The translations under genes and the position numbers were made by a program. The notes under the pieces were generated by a model, which did no database searches, had not been told where the DNA came from, and was given only the letters and a program-made list of their open reading frames with translations. DNA of 32,000 nt from Methylorubrum extorquens (GTDB lineage: Bacteria > Pseudomonadota > Alphaproteobacteria > Rhizobiales > Beijerinckiaceae), in contig LT962688.1 in NCBI GenBank assembly GCA_900234795.1, positions 510,001 through 542,000 on the forward strand. Direction: 5' to 3'. Each line of letters begins with the position of its first letter. The stretch's first letter is position 1. Shown piece after piece: positions 30,636 through 32,000 of the stretch.

Positions 30636-31400
30636 ATGGCAAGCGAGGGACGCCGTCCGCTGGTTGCCGGCAACTGGAAGATGAACGGTCTGCTCTCCTC
30701 GGTCCCGACCGTCGAGGCGATCCGTGACGGGCTCTCGCCGGCGCTCGCGGACAAGATCGACGTGCTGATCTGCCCGCCCGCGACGCTGATCTCCTCCTGC
30801 GTGGCGGCGGTCTACGGCTCCGTGGTCGCCATCGGCGGCCAGAACCTGCACGCCCGGCCGAGCGGTGCCTTCACCGGTTCGATCTCGGCGGAGATGTTCG
30901 CCGATCTCGGCGCCACCTACGTCATCGTCGGCCATTCCGAGCGGCGCGCCTACCATTACGAGACCGATGACGGCGTCCACGCCAAGGCGCTGGGCGCCCG
31001 GCGCGCGGGCCTGCGCGGCATCATCTGCGTCGGCGAGACGATGGAGGAGCGCCAGCAGGGCCGGGCACTCGACATCGTGCGCGCGCAGCTCGCCATCGGC
31101 CTGCCGAAAGGCGCCACCGGCGCCGACACCGTGATCGCCTACGAGCCGGTCTGGGCGATCGGCTCGGGCCGCACGCCGACGGCGACGGAGATCGCCGAGG
31201 TCCACGCCTCCTTGCGCGAGATGCTCGACAAGCTCGTCGGCGAAGAGGCGCACAAGATCCGCATCCTCTACGGCGGCTCGGTGAAGCCCTCGAACGCCCG
31301 CGAACTGATGGCGGTGGAGAACGTCGACGGCGCGCTGGTCGGCGGCGCCAGCCTCGTGGCGGAGGACTTTTTGGGGATCTGCCGCGCCTACGAGGGGTGA
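30636..31400 (+). CDS. tpiA: Triosephosphate isomerase
   Basis: [30 protein letters not shown] and GGASL motifs. Confidence 0.95.
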   Translation: MASEGRRPLVAGNWKMNGLLSSVPTVEAIRDGLSPALADKIDVLICPPATLISSCVAAVYGSVVAIGGQNLHARPSGAFTGSISAEMFADLGATYVIVGHSERRAYHYETDDGVHAKALGARRAGLRGIICVGETMEERQQGRALDIVRAQLAIGLPKGATGADTVIAYEPVWAIGSGRTPTATEIAEVHASLREMLDKLVGEEAHKIRILYGGSVKPSNARELMAVENVDGALVGGASLVAEDFLGICRAYEG

Positions 31401-31909
31401 GCTTTTCTCGGTCGAACCGCGCCGTCAGCCTCATCGGGCCGGGGCTGCTCGGCACTCGGCCGCTTCTATCGGCGGCCGGAACGATCCCCCTTCTCCTGAC
31501 GGCCACGGCAGCACAGGGCGCGGCGATCACGGCACCGGGCGGGTGTCGGCTGACCGTCGATATCCCCAAGGGTTTTTCGGCCGAGTCACGCGGCACGGAC
31601 ATCGTCCTGCAACCGATCGGGCAGGAGGGCCGGCGCAGCGTGTTCGAGATCAGGCTGACGCCCGGAGACGGCAGAGACGCGACCGCCTTGACGGAACGCC
31701 GGTCGCTCGGTGCGACGATCGCCCGCTACCGGATGACACGCGAAACCGTGGGATCGGGCGGCGAGGAGACGGCGCTCATTGCCGAGGTCCAGCGTGGAGG
31801 CGGTGTCATCCGTCTCGAAGCGTCGGCGCAGCGAGACGATGGCGCCGAGCCCGATTTCGAACCGGCATGGTCGGCACTTGCGACCGCGCGCTGCACCGAG
31901 ATCCGCTGA
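31397..31909 (+). CDS. Hypothetical protein, possible signal peptide
   Basis: 170-aa ORF with GC-rich third codon positions. The GTG 31397 start overlaps the tpiA stop (GTGA). Hydrophobic segment [15 protein letters not shown] recognise no family. Confidence 0.5.
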   Translation: MSFSRSNRAVSLIGPGLLGTRPLLSAAGTIPLLLTATAAQGAAITAPGGCRLTVDIPKGFSAESRGTDIVLQPIGQEGRRSVFEIRLTPGDGRDATALTERRSLGATIARYRMTRETVGSGGEETALIAEVQRGGGVIRLEASAQRDDGAEPDFEPAWSALATARCTEIR

Positions 31910-31929
31910 GCCGCCGACCTGCCCGTCCG

Positions 31930-32000
31930 CTACAGCGCCTCGGGACCGCTCAGAACGCTGCCGAAATGATGCCGCCAGAGCTTGGCCCCCAGTGAGGCCG
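31930..32000 (-). CDS. 3' end of an unidentified gene running off the window
   Basis: The minus-strand frame is open to the window edge and ends ...ASLGAKLWRHHFGSVLSGPEAL with TAG at 31930-31932. 17 of 22 third codon positions are G/C. It is too short to assign a function. Confidence 0.3.
   Translation of the reverse strand, partial: ASLGAKLWRHHFGSVLSGPEAL

Overview
This is a high-GC window (roughly 70% G+C). It looks like core chromosome of an alphaproteobacterium of the Rhizobiales, possibly Methylobacterium-like. That placement is an inference from GC content, GAAC-N7-GAAC type SOS boxes, an LpxI-type lipid A pathway and the gene order. I support about 30 protein genes. On the + strand: a methyl-accepting chemotaxis protein (MCP), a frameshifted secreted or outer-membrane protein, an aldo/keto reductase, a small secreted hypothetical, and a tartrate-dehydrogenase-family enzyme followed by a BKACE (DUF849) enzyme. 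Next come a convergent KgtP-like MFS transporter, a Gly-rich DUF1236 secreted protein, lexA with two SOS boxes, comEC (-), gltX and gltA. A long minus-strand array follows: trpG-trpD-trpC-moaC-moeA, a RelE/HigB-like toxin with an XRE antitoxin, then fabZ-lpxA-lpxI-lpxB-yaiI. The window ends with a second MCP (+) sitting between trpE and trpG, then ppiD-trpE (-), tpiA (+) and a hypothetical. I found no rRNA, tRNA, CRISPR array, transposase or integrase. I do not see an obvious new multi-gene defence system. Six things deserve a second look. (1) Three reading-frame anomalies each sit in a simple-sequence run. lpxA has no stop before lpxI, lpxI has a +2 frameshift, and the OMP-like gene has a +1 frameshift. 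Two of these hit a normally essential lipid A operon, so they are either sequencing artefacts or real biology. (2) A lower-GC toxin-antitoxin cassette sits where fabZ would normally be preceded by lpxD. (3) A DUF188/YaiI gene is translationally coupled to lpxB. (4) A 130-bp triple stem-loop element fills the gltA/yaiI gap. (5) A tartrate dehydrogenase-BKACE-dicarboxylate permease cluster is present. (6) The gltA leader is long and rich in repeats. The many long antisense or alternative-frame ORFs in the track are GC-driven shadow ORFs and are rejected.
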